Shown piece by piece: positions 29,940 to 40,494 of a stretch of 64,000 nt of DNA (within the stretch, counting starts at the first letter, position 1; the number at the start of each line of letters is the position of its first letter). Location: contig CM022670.1 of NCBI GenBank assembly GCA_012295275.1, positions 30,318,001 to 30,382,000 of the forward strand. Direction: 5' to 3'. The translations under genes and the position numbers were made by a program. This stretch comes from Chrysomallon squamiferum. Lineage: Eukaryota > Animalia > Mollusca. Under the pieces are notes generated by a model. The model saw only the letters and a program-made list of their open reading frames with translations. It was not told the origin of the DNA and ran no database searches.

Positions 29940-31865
29940 TTAGTCAACTTCTTCAATCGTAGGTCCATTCCCACAGCTGGCTCCTGAAGTACAATTTAAG
30001 TTAGGCTGTCCACACGTTTTGGATTGACCGTCAAGTTTGGCCATGATGGGTGAGCACACTTTCTGCAGTTCCTTGTGTCTGTATTCGTATTCTTCCTTCT
30101 CAGCTAGAGAGTTATTGTCCAGCCACTGCATGGCTTCATCGCAAGCTTTCGTAACAGTTTCTTTGTCTGAACTGTCCAGTTTATCGCCGATCTCAATGAC
30201 CGCGCTTTTCACGCTGAATGTGTAATTCTCTAACTGGTTTCTAGCGGCGATTCTCTCCTTGTGTTTGTTGTCCTCGTCTCTGTACTTCTCGGCTTCGTTC
30301 ACCATTCTTTCTATATCCTCTTTGCTTAGCCGCCCTCTGTCGTTCGTTATCGTGATGGATTTGGATTTTCCTGTGCTCTTGTCTGCAGCTGACACGTTGA
30401 GGATTCCGTTGGCATCGATATCAAAAGTAACTTCGATTTTAGGAACTCCTCTCGGAGCTGGTGGTATCCCAGTCAGATCGAATTTGCCGAGGAGATTGTT
30501 GTCTTTGGTTAGTGCTCTCTCACCTTCGAAAATGCGAATGGTCACTGCTGGCTGATTGTCGGAATATGTTGTAAACACTTGAGATGTTTTAGCTGGAACG
30601 GTCGTGTTTCTCTCGATCAGTTTCGTCATGACCTCTCCCGAAGTCTCGATGCCGAAAGAAAGTGGAACAACATCTACAAGCAACACGTCCTTAATGACGT
30701 CACTCTTGTCGCCACTCAGAATGGCCGCTTGTACCGCTGCACCGTAGGCGACGGCCTCGTCTGGATTTATTGATTTATTCAGCTCCTTACCGTTCATGTA
30801 GTTCTTCAACATGTTCTGGATTTTGGGAATCCTCGTCGATCCTCCGACCAGAACGATTTCGTTAATCTTTGACTTGTCTATTCTAGCGTCTTTGATGGCT
30901 TTCTCCACGGGCTCCAGTGTGGCTCTGAACAGGTCTGCGCACAGCTCCTCGAAACGAGCTCTCGTTATTTTCGTGTAGAAGTCGATTCCTTCGAAAAGTG
31001 AATCAATCTCAATGCTGGCTTCGGAACTGCTAGACAAGGTCCTCTTGGCTCGCTCACATGCAGTTCTCAAACGGCGAACTGCACGTGCATTACCGCTAAT
31101 GTCTTTCCTGTTCTTTCTCTTGAATTCTTGAATGAAGTGGTTCACCATTCTGTTGTCGAAGTCTTCTCCACCCAAATGGGTGTCACCAGCAGTGGATTTC
31201 ACTTCGAATATGGATCCCTCGTCAACTGTCAAAACTGACACGTCGAAGGTTCCTCCACCGAGATCAAATATCAGAATGTTTTTCTCACCTTTAAGATTTT
31301 TGTCTAGTCCGTAGGCAAGAGCAGCTGCTGTCGGTTCGTTCACAATTCTCAAGACGTTTAATCCGGCGATAACTCCGGCATCTTTCGTCGCTTGTCTCTG
31401 GGCATCGTTGAAATATGCTGGGACCGTTACCACAGCGTCTGTCACAGTCTGGCCCAGGTGTCTTTCCGCTGTCTCCTTCATCTTCGTCAACACCACGGAA
31501 CTGATTTCTTCTGGCGTGAACACTTTGTTTTCACCTTTATATTCCACTTGAATCATCGGCTTACCGGCTTGATTAATCACTTTGAACGGCCAGTGTTTCA
31601 TGTCACTCTGTACCGACGAATCGTCAAATTTTCTTCCTATCAGTCTCTTGGCATCAAACACGGTGTTCTGTGGATTCATAGCCACCTGATTTTTGGCAGC
31701 GTCGCCGATCAGTCGTTCTGTGTCTGTGAAAGCCACGTAACTCGGTGTCGTTCTGTTTCCCTGGTCGTTGGCGATGATTTCGATCTGTCCATGCTGGAAA
31801 ACTCCAACACACGAGTAGGTCGTTCCCAAGTCAATTCCTATTGCGGGTGCTTTTCGATTTGCCAT
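29940..31865 (-). CDS. hsp70: Heat shock protein 70, cytosolic inducible type, copy A (641 aa, uninterrupted CDS)
   Basis: Family signatures [20 protein letters not shown] and [12 protein letters not shown]; C-terminal GPTIEEVD; no GGMP repeats; extra Ser in DEGSIFEV typical of invertebrate inducible HSP70; HSE and TATA upstream. Confidence 0.98.
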   Translation of the reverse strand: MANRKAPAIGIDLGTTYSCVGVFQHGQIEIIANDQGNRTTPSYVAFTDTERLIGDAAKNQVAMNPQNTVFDAKRLIGRKFDDSSVQSDMKHWPFKVINQAGKPMIQVEYKGENKVFTPEEISSVVLTKMKETAERHLGQTVTDAVVTVPAYFNDAQRQATKDAGVIAGLNVLRIVNEPTAAALAYGLDKNLKGEKNILIFDLGGGTFDVSVLTVDEGSIFEVKSTAGDTHLGGEDFDNRMVNHFIQEFKRKNRKDISGNARAVRRLRTACERAKRTLSSSSEASIEIDSLFEGIDFYTKITRARFEELCADLFRATLEPVEKAIKDARIDKSKINEIVLVGGSTRIPKIQNMLKNYMNGKELNKSINPDEAVAYGAAVQAAILSGDKSDVIKDVLLVDVVPLSFGIETSGEVMTKLIERNTTVPAKTSQVFTTYSDNQPAVTIRIFEGERALTKDNNLLGKFDLTGIPPAPRGVPKIEVTFDIDANGILNVSAADKSTGKSKSITITNDRGRLSKEDIERMVNEAEKYRDEDNKHKERIAARNQLENYTFSVKSAVIEIGDKLDSSDKETVTKACDEAMQWLDNNSLAEKEEYEYRHKELQKVCSPIMAKLDGQSKTCGQPNLNCTSGASCGNGPTIEEVD

Positions 31866-32026
31866 ATTCTTCTGAAAAAATTAATATCTTCGTTCTTCTG
31901 TAAAATAAAATCGTTTTGCTTCAATCAGCGAAACGTAAATGCTTGTAAGTCGATTCTTTTAACACTCCGTTAACTGTCTTACATCAGGTTTCGGATAAGG
32001 ACTGCCGGCCATGGTGCGAGTGATGC

Positions 32027-32076
32027 TTTATATACTGAACGGCGATACCGTCGAATGTTCTCGAATGAGCTCGAAC
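32027..32076 (-). promoter_or_regulatory. HSP70 copy A promoter: heat shock element plus TATA box
   Basis: cGAAtgTTCtcGAAtgAGCtcGAAc at 32052-32076 (alternating nGAAn units, three contiguous perfect ones); TATATAAA on the minus strand at 32027-32034. Confidence 0.9.
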
Positions 32077-33407
32077 ACACTCGGCATTACTCGTTGGTTT
32101 GTTTGCTACTGTAGCTATTTTTAGCTGTGTACGTCACCGTGGGGAATACCATTCACGTTTAACATATTTTATTCTATAAATACACATGCAGTTTATTGCT
32201 CGAGTAATAATAACCAAAAAATAAAAACAAATGTTTAACAGTACATAAAAATGTTAATGTTACTATTTATTTAAGAATACTCTTAAAGAAATACCGTTCA
32301 TATTTTACGTATTTGTTTATTTCTTTAATTTCTTTCAATAAAAATGAAGCTGTTAATTAATTGCTTATAACTAAGAATTTATTAACAAAAACATTTTAAA
32401 ATATAAATCTTTCTCAGTACGTTGTACATTGAGTTATGGACTCCACTCCAGAGAGGTATATAACTGGTCAAGTATGAATATATATCATATTAGAAAAGAG
32501 ACTATATCAGTTGCGTAGATACTCTATCACTGAAGTATCTTATTCAAGGTGTTGTTCAGAGATAATATACAAAGATCATGTATTAATATTTTAACAGTGT
32601 ATTAGATACTGTATCATTGAGGTTTCTTATTTTTATACACAGGCAATATACAACAGATCATATATGAATTTATTTAACAGTGTATTACATACCTTGTAGC
32701 TGATCTAGATACTATATTACTAGGCTGTAAACACAATGTGTTTGAAATATCAACATATGAGTTTGGTATTTTACTCTGTTTTTATAAACAGAAAATAAAA
32801 GAACTATGAACATATTTCTACGGTATGTGACAGAAATCATATCATTTGAGTTTTGGTAATTTCACTGATAATACTTATCACTGTTACAGAATCATATATG
32901 TTCATGTGTTCAACTATTGAGTTGTATGAATGTAAACCATGTTTTTACCTTAGATAGTTGGGCGCTTAATCATACCCTAATAGGGCCTCGTTCAAGCTGC
33001 AGAAAGTTTTCTAAGTGAGAAAGTTTGACGATTGATTATAATATATATATTTGATTATAATACAGATATAAACTATATATAATATCAAGATCCACTATAA
33101 ACACCAAAACAAAACACAATATTTATATTATAAAGATTATTTATTTTATACACGTAATCTTATTATTTAGTGGTTGAGGACGTGGGAGTTGGCGTTAAAT
33201 GAAATACTGTAATTCTTAATTACTTTAATTTTCTCTAACAGGTTGTCACGGTGACTAGTTTGATTGGTATTACTACCTAAAATTTTGCTCGTCACGTGAC
33301 AAGGTATTAATTATCTGAGACAGCTTAAACTACTAAATGACCATTCTATATCCACTAGAGAACAATAACACAGACACGAATTCAGATAATTGTTATATAT
33401 ATATATA

Positions 33408-34182
33408 CAGGGTGTCCCAAAAGTAATCGAACCGCAAACTTAAATAAAATAAGATATTAAAAACAACATATTTAATCTGTATATTTAGTATTTACAAATG
33501 TTCAAAATGTCTACCTTGAACTTCAATACAATCACGACACCTTTTGACAACACTGCGACATACTTTTTTGGCAAGTTTCCACCGAAATTTGGTTCCATTC
33601 GTCTGTATGGTTTTAGACAAATGTCATGCAAGATACGTTGGAGTGAGGTTCTAGATTATGTTCAGCTCTTTCGATGCCTTGCGGGTAGATTTTTTAGGAG
33701 AATTAAATCCTTGTTTTCAGGTGAACGAACTGTTTGTGGACGACCATTTTTTGGAGCATTTGACACACTTCCAGTTACTTCAAATTTGGATACAAGACTG
33801 AACATTGTCGATTTACTCGGTACAGGTGTTCTAAAGTTTACTTCCCATCTTTCATCAACATGCTTGTAGCTAGTCATTGCATAGTAATTCTTAATAACGA
33901 AGATACGTTCGTTTAAATCAAAAGTTCTTCGCTGTATTTTTAAGCGTGAGGGTACCATTTCAAGTCAAACCATGGAGAGTCCAGTAGCGCGCGCTAAAAC
34001 AGAAGTCTCGATCACGAAGAACACTACAATCAGGTAACAACAATCATTCCAAAGACTACTACTGACAGAAGTAAATAAATAGTACAAAAGATAACATAAA
34101 ATGACATAAAAGATGGAATTAAATTTGTTATTTTTAATAATCTAATGTTATTTAAGTTTGCGGTTCGGTTACTTTTGGGACA
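33408..34182 (-). mobile_element. Internally deleted (non-autonomous) Tc1/mariner-superfamily DNA transposon
   Basis: TIRs CAGGGTGTCCCAAAAGTAATCGAACCGCAAACTTAAATAA and TTATTTAAGTTTGCGGTTCGGTTACTTTTGGGACA (right tip truncated), inserted in (TA)n. The minus ORF 33662-33958 encodes a transposase N-terminal HTH with FEVTGSV..KNGRPQTVRS (DUF4817-like). A C-terminal remnant CIEVQGRHFEHL* ends near 33492. The DDD/E core is absent. Confidence 0.88.
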
Positions 34183-34649
34183 TATATATATGTAGTTCAC
34201 AGAAACTAACTCTAAAGGGTAATATATGGTTATAGAGTTCAATCGTACGATTCGACGATATGTTATCAAAGAAAACAGCGTTGACAAATAATACAAAACT
34301 AATTCAGACCAGTTGGTTACTTGATCTTTCTAAATACTCGTTTTAATTATTAAAATACGTTAACCTTGTGTTATAAATGTAAGTACATACCACAGAATAA
34401 CACCAAAAAATTCAACAGTAATAGATTTAGCTATCTTAAATCATTCAGTATGTGTGTTACATATACAAAATATTAAAACTCATTTACCATTGTCTGCGTT
34501 TTCCTTTGATTTGTGCAGACGGCCCACAGACAAAGACCCTCAAGAAGGGCACTGGTCAAAAAGATCTCGTTCAAAACGCGTGCCGCTTCTTATATACCCA
34601 TCGCTCGGGTGTTCAATCTACACCTCTGCAGTTTACTTTGCAGCTTTTA

Positions 34650-34900
34650 ATGCCAATTTTGAGTTTGTTAAACTCGGGTGTTTCTTAGTATATTAAATAA
34701 AGGAATTTCCCCTAATTATATAATACAGTTTCTAAATAGCCCATGTATGTCTGCATACGCTCTGCTATTTAGTTTTTATGTATATACCTCCATTTTCTGT
34801 CATTAATTCGGTAAACAGTTAAGAACTGTAAAAATATAAATTATAAATATGATTATACAAGATAGCTAAATAAATATTGCCATAATATAATAAGGTATTT
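34650..34900 (+). repeat. Dispersed ~220-250-bp repeat, copy 1 (HSP70 spacer)
   Basis: tgccaattttgagtttgttaa...cctaattatataatacag...ccattttctg.cattaatt recurs, diverged and in the same orientation, at 40639-40860. Confidence 0.8.
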
Positions 34901-36125
34901 AAGATAACAGGTAGCAGACATTCCACTTTACCTGGACATATACAAATAAAGATTTTCTGAATATTCTATAATTCACTACAAAGAAAACCAAATTACAATT
35001 AAAAACAAGTCTGGCAAAGAGACACTAATGAGGTTCCGTCATACTGGTTTTGTTAGAAATAAATATATAACTCAAACTGTCTATGGAGCATATACAGGTT
35101 ACGTCAAATTAATCACAAATCAAACAGAGCATACAGAAACAGGATAACCATTTGTCCCTGCTTCCGACAATGATAACGCAAAATATATTTACCAACATAA
35201 TTGCCAAATAATGACCGCCAACTCCTCACTCCTACCCGTGTCTTCTCTTTGTTCCTTTTGGTCTCTGTTTGTGGTATGGTATGGTAACTCTTTTTACGTG
35301 CCCACGTCTAATTCAAGATTCAGGGAGCTCTGTTTTTTCTCTTGGGCTCTTTTGTCTCTTACTTAAATAAATACGTCGCGGACTTCCCTGAAGTCAGCAG
35401 AGCGGAGCTGACAAAAATTCCTTTTGTCTCTCCCTAATGATCGTTAATTGTTAGGTGATTTCAGTAATTGGATTACAGTTAACTAACAGTAGATATTTAA
35501 TTAATACATATTGTTAGGAATATTTGTAGAAATGAATGATTAACATGTTTACTTATTTTAATGATGCATACAGATTAATTACGAGATGCTAAACTGTATT
35601 AAAGTAAGCTATTTAGGTAAATAATTAATATGTCACCGATATTTTCAACGTTAACCTTGTGTAACTTAAAAGTACAATCATATAAAATATTATAATAAGT
35701 AAAAACATAGCTACCAGCGGATTCTACTTGTAGATATAAACTAAATTGCAATCCGTGGCTTAGTAAATAAATTAGGACCAATTTCCTATGTTAAACAAAC
35801 AGAGAAAACAATACTTCTAAATATCACAGAGAAAATTTTCCTATTAGGTTCTGATTAAGCGTCCTACTACTTAAGGTAAAAACATGGTTTACATTCATAC
35901 AACTCAATAGTTGAACACATGAACATATATGATTCTGTAACAGTGATAAGTATTATCTGTGAAATTACCATTTGTTTTTATTTTTTGGTTATTATTACTC
36001 GAGCAATAAACTGCATGTGTATTTATAGAATAAAATATGTTAAACGTGAATGGTATTCCCCACGGTGACGTACACAGCTAAAAATAGCTACAGTAGCAAA
36101 CAAACCAACGAGTAATGCCGAGTGT

Positions 36126-36175
36126 GTTCGAGCTCATTCGAGAACATTCGACGGTATCGCCGTTCAGTATATAAA
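36126..36175 (+). promoter_or_regulatory. HSP70 copy B promoter: heat shock element plus TATA box
   Basis: gTTCgaGCTcaTTCgaGAAcaTTCg at 36126-36150; TATATAAA at 36168-36175; CRE-like TGACGTA at 36066-36072 upstream. Confidence 0.9.
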
Positions 36176-36336
36176 GCATCACTCGCACCATGGCCGGCAG
36201 TCCTTATCCGAAACCTGATGTAAGACAGTTAACGGAGTGTTAAAAGAATCGACTTACAAGCATTTACGTTTCGCTGATTGAAGCAAAACGATTTTATTTT
36301 ACAGAAGAACGAAGATATTAATTTTTTCAGAAGAAT

Positions 36337-38262
36337 ATGGCAAATCGAAAAGCACCCGCAATAGGAATTGACTTGGGAACGACCTACTCGTGTGTTGGAG
36401 TTTTCCAGCATGGACAGATCGAAATCATCGCCAACGACCAGGGAAACAGAACGACACCGAGTTACGTGGCTTTCACAGACACAGAACGACTGATCGGCGA
36501 CGCTGCCAAAAATCAGGTGGCTATGAATCCACAGAACACCGTGTTTGATGCCAAGAGACTGATAGGAAGAAAATTTGACGATTCGTCGGTACAGAGTGAC
36601 ATGAAACACTGGCCGTTCAAAGTGATTAATCAAGCCGGTAAGCCGATGATTCAAGTGGAATATAAAGGTGAAAACAAAGTGTTCACGCCAGAAGAAATCA
36701 GTTCCGTGGTGTTGACGAAGATGAAGGAGACAGCGGAAAGACACCTGGGCCAGACTGTGACAGACGCTGTGGTAACGGTCCCAGCATATTTCAACGATGC
36801 CCAGAGACAAGCGACGAAAGATGCCGGAGTTATCGCCGGATTAAACGTCTTGAGAATTGTGAACGAACCGACAGCAGCTGCTCTTGCCTACGGACTAGAC
36901 AAAAATCTTAAAGGTGAGAAAAACATTCTGATATTTGATCTCGGTGGAGGAACCTTCGACGTGTCAGTTTTGACAGTTGACGAGGGATCCATATTCGAAG
37001 TGAAATCCACTGCTGGTGACACCCATTTGGGTGGAGAAGACTTCGACAACAGAATGGTGAACCACTTCATTCAAGAATTCAAGAGAAAGAACAGGAAAGA
37101 CATTAGCGGTAATGCACGTGCAGTTCGCCGTTTGAGAACTGCATGTGAGCGAGCCAAGAGGACCTTGTCTAGCAGTTCCGAAGCCAGCATTGAGATTGAT
37201 TCACTTTTCGAAGGAATCGACTTCTACACGAAAATAACGAGAGCTCGTTTCGAGGAGCTGTGCGCAGACCTGTTCAGAGCCACACTGGAGCCCGTGGAGA
37301 AAGCCATCAAAGACGCTAGAATAGACAAGTCAAAGATTAACGAAATCGTTCTGGTCGGAGGATCGACGAGGATTCCCAAAATCCAGAACATGTTGAAGAA
37401 CTACATGAACGGTAAGGAGCTGAATAAATCAATAAATCCAGACGAGGCCGTCGCCTACGGTGCAGCGGTACAAGCGGCCATTCTGAGTGGCGACAAGAGT
37501 GACGTCATTAAGGACGTGTTGTTTGTAGATGTTGTTCCACTTTCTTTCGGCATCGAGACTTCGGGAGAGGTCATGACGAAACTGATCGAGAGAAACACGA
37601 CCGTTCCAGCTAAAACATCTCAAGTGTTTACAACATATTCCGACAATCAGCCAGCAGTGACCATTCGCATTTTCGAAGGTGAGAGAGCACTAACCAAAGA
37701 CAACAATCTCCTCGGCAAATTCGATCTGACTGGGATACCACCAGCTCCGAGAGGAGTTCCTAAAATCGAAGTTACTTTTGATATCGATGCCAACGGAATC
37801 CTCAACGTGTCAGCTGCAGACAAGAGCACAGGAAAATCCAAATCCATCACGATAACGAACGACAGAGGGCGGCTAAGCAAAGAGGATATAGAAAGAATGG
37901 TGAACGAAGCCGAGAAGTACAGAGACGAGGACAACAAACACAAGGAGAGAATCGCCGCTAGAAACCAGTTAGAGAATTACACATTCAGCGTGAAAAGCGC
38001 GGTCATTGAGATCGGCGATAAACTGGACAGTTCAGACAAAGAAACTGTTACAAAAGCTTGCGATGAAGCCATGCAGTGGCTGGACAATAACTCTCTAGCT
38101 GAGAAGGAAGAATACGAATACAGACACAAGGAACTGCAGAAAGTGTGCTCACCCATCATGGCCAAACTTGACGGTCAATCCAAAACGTGTGGACAGCCTA
38201 ACTTTAATTCTACTTCAGGAGCCAGCTGTGGGAATGGACCTACGATTGAAGAAGTTGACTAA
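36337..38262 (+). CDS. hsp70: Heat shock protein 70, cytosolic inducible type, copy B (641 aa, uninterrupted CDS)
   Basis: Same signatures as copy A. Differs at three residues that I can see (DVLLVD/DVLFVD and PNLNCTS/PNFNSTS). Confidence 0.98.
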   Translation: MANRKAPAIGIDLGTTYSCVGVFQHGQIEIIANDQGNRTTPSYVAFTDTERLIGDAAKNQVAMNPQNTVFDAKRLIGRKFDDSSVQSDMKHWPFKVINQAGKPMIQVEYKGENKVFTPEEISSVVLTKMKETAERHLGQTVTDAVVTVPAYFNDAQRQATKDAGVIAGLNVLRIVNEPTAAALAYGLDKNLKGEKNILIFDLGGGTFDVSVLTVDEGSIFEVKSTAGDTHLGGEDFDNRMVNHFIQEFKRKNRKDISGNARAVRRLRTACERAKRTLSSSSEASIEIDSLFEGIDFYTKITRARFEELCADLFRATLEPVEKAIKDARIDKSKINEIVLVGGSTRIPKIQNMLKNYMNGKELNKSINPDEAVAYGAAVQAAILSGDKSDVIKDVLFVDVVPLSFGIETSGEVMTKLIERNTTVPAKTSQVFTTYSDNQPAVTIRIFEGERALTKDNNLLGKFDLTGIPPAPRGVPKIEVTFDIDANGILNVSAADKSTGKSKSITITNDRGRLSKEDIERMVNEAEKYRDEDNKHKERIAARNQLENYTFSVKSAVIEIGDKLDSSDKETVTKACDEAMQWLDNNSLAEKEEYEYRHKELQKVCSPIMAKLDGQSKTCGQPNFNSTSGASCGNGPTIEEVD

Positions 38263-38456
38263 ATAGTTACAGAATTGTCCATTATAGCGGTAGATGAGTG
38301 AAAATGACTGTTAGGTCTGCGGACAATATAATTCAAACTGTGATAAAACATATTTACAGCAATGTTGTTACATTCACATTTGTTAATTGTTATTGCATTT
38401 GTTTTGTTATATACATATATTATTTGATATTATTGTTGAACTTATTTAAAATTTAA

Positions 38457-38462
38457 AATAAA
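38457..38462 (+). terminator. Probable polyadenylation signal of HSP70 copy B (mirrored in copy A)
   Basis: AATAAA about 195 nt after the stop codon in an AU-rich 3' region, followed by T/GT-rich sequence. Confidence 0.5.
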
Positions 38463-40032
38463 TATTTTTGTTATACGTTTTAGAAATGTATTGCTTTATT
38501 TATATTTATATTTTTCTGGTTTATATTTACTTAAGGTACAGGAAACAGATGCTACATAGATATACTGAAGAAGAAGACTTAATTGTTTTTAACACTAAAC
38601 TATTCATGACTTTTTTTATTTATTTATTTATTTATTTTTTTGGGGGGGGGGTATTTGCAAAATATGATACAATAATGGTCGAAATACTTTTTAGTAATGA
38701 TGTAGGTATTCGAGGTGACGAAACAGGACATTAAATTTGTAATTTGGTATTGTCTTGTTCTGGTCTCGATGTGAAGATAATCTGCATAACAAACGTCTTA
38801 GAAATGTGAAAGAATAAGAAATTAGATTAACGGAAAACCAGGAAGAGAAGAAAGTACCAAAATGAGAATGCATGAACAGTTGAAATACATATTTATGTCC
38901 GTAGAATTATTCCCGCTGTAGTTTTCTGTTCGTTCTTCAGTTCTGTCTCATCATTACTTGAAGGCAATATATCTCATATCATAAGTATTTTGACAGCGTT
39001 ACTGATTTGTAAATAATGTTCTGTATCGTCCTTAAAAAGGAGAACAAAATAATAATAACGGCCAGCGAAATAACATGCAATTATTATTCTGTCGAGAGAG
39101 TTTATTTAATTTATGTTGCTTTTAAGTTTGTAAATATTACAAGAAATTGACATGTAATGGGAGGTAACTCTGCATAGTTTGCTTCAGAGAGTTTCCCGTC
39201 GATGTAGAGCTAGACTACACAATCTGTATATATATATATAATTTTTTTTTTTTAAATTTATATTTTATTATTATTATTATTTTTTTTTTTTTTTGGCCAC
39301 ATGTTAATTTATCTAGTCAAGAATTGCCTGAAAGTCAAATATTGTAGTAAGCTATTTCGATGGAATAATTATGAACATACGAAATATACCACTTAATATC
39401 TGACACAGAAAGTCTTTAACGATAAAGATATTTTTTTTATTTCCAAGGCCTTTAACGTCGGCTTGGTCATTTTCATCGAATTTATCATTATATACGTCTT
39501 TTGAGGTTCGAACCTTCAGGCTATACTTTTCATTTCTGATCCCGAAGCATTCATATTATTTTAACAGTGTTACAATTGTAAAATGGCGTTGAAAATGTTT
39601 GTAAGATAAGATTCCATTAACGGAATTCGGTGTGCGTTAAACATTTTCTGGCAGTATAATAACAATAATAATAATAATAATAATAACAAAACAACAACAG
39701 CAACAACAAAAAACCAGAAACATAGAGAATACACGTAGACACTCGAGAATGATTCCATATTTTCGGCTTCGAAATAACAAATCGCGGTATCTGGGTACGA
39801 AACTTCATATATGGAGAAATCCAACTTGGGCGGTATTTCATTGACAAAAATTTCGATTTTATGGTATGCTCCTTGTTGAATCATGTTCTTGATTATATCA
39901 TGTATCAACTAGCGATATTTACTTTTGCTAATGTTATGCTTTTTTAATTGCAGAAATTTATATGTCACAGTAATCGTTAAGAAATTATATTGCTCTATGC
40001 CCGATGGATTACGGACTTCCATAGCAAATACG

Positions 40033-40487
40033 CCTCGATTCGTATTTCTTCGTAAAAGTGAGTCAGTATCTTTCAAGTACGATGAGACACAAATAACAAT
40101 TTTTAATGCCTTCAGCTCCGAAGCTGGTGTTACGCGCTTACCATTTAATCTGGTTTCAGACACTATCGCCATCGTTATCAGAGGAACAGGAATTACATGT
40201 GTGTTCACTGTAAGAAGGAGCCATAACACATAAGAGATATAGATAACATAGTGTGAGTCAAAGAGAAAAGGGAGAGATCTCCCAGAGACATTCACAGAAC
40301 GATGATATTGCTGGAATCAAGACGTATGAATGCAGATGATCGTGCATGGCGTTTAACTAGTATGCTGTAAACAATATCAGTGCATACTTTTCAGTAAGCG
40401 CGTAACACCATCGAAAGAGCAGCTTGAGAATTGAAAGCATTCGCACTTGAAAAATACTGAGCCACTTTTACGAAATATGAATCGAGG
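40033..40487. mobile_element. Degenerate inverted-repeat element (arms ~40033-40141 and ~40394-40487), probable MITE
   Basis: cctcgattcgtatt..cgtaaaagtgagtcagta..tggtgttacgcgcttac is mirrored by gtaagcgcgtaacacca..tactgagccacttttacg..gaatcgagg. No TSD was identified. Confidence 0.6.
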
Positions 40488-40494
40488 TAATTTC

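Larger units (their letters stand above)
28656..32233. repeat. Left arm of ~3.58-kb inverted duplication (HSP70 palindrome)
   Basis: Reverse complement of 35969-39544. Boundaries: cgggatcagaaatg / catttctgatcccg (outer) and ataaaaacaaatg / catttgtttttat (inner). Confidence 0.95.
35969..39544. repeat. Right arm of ~3.58-kb inverted duplication (HSP70 palindrome)
   Basis: Near-identical reverse complement of 28656-32233, including promoter, CDS and about 1.28 kb of 3' flank. Confidence 0.95.

Noticed and set aside
30037-38165. Antisense ORFs overlapping both HSP70 genes (e.g. 31392-31973, 36229-36810)
   Set aside because: Shadow ORFs on the opposite strand of a conserved CDS, duplicated only because of the palindrome.
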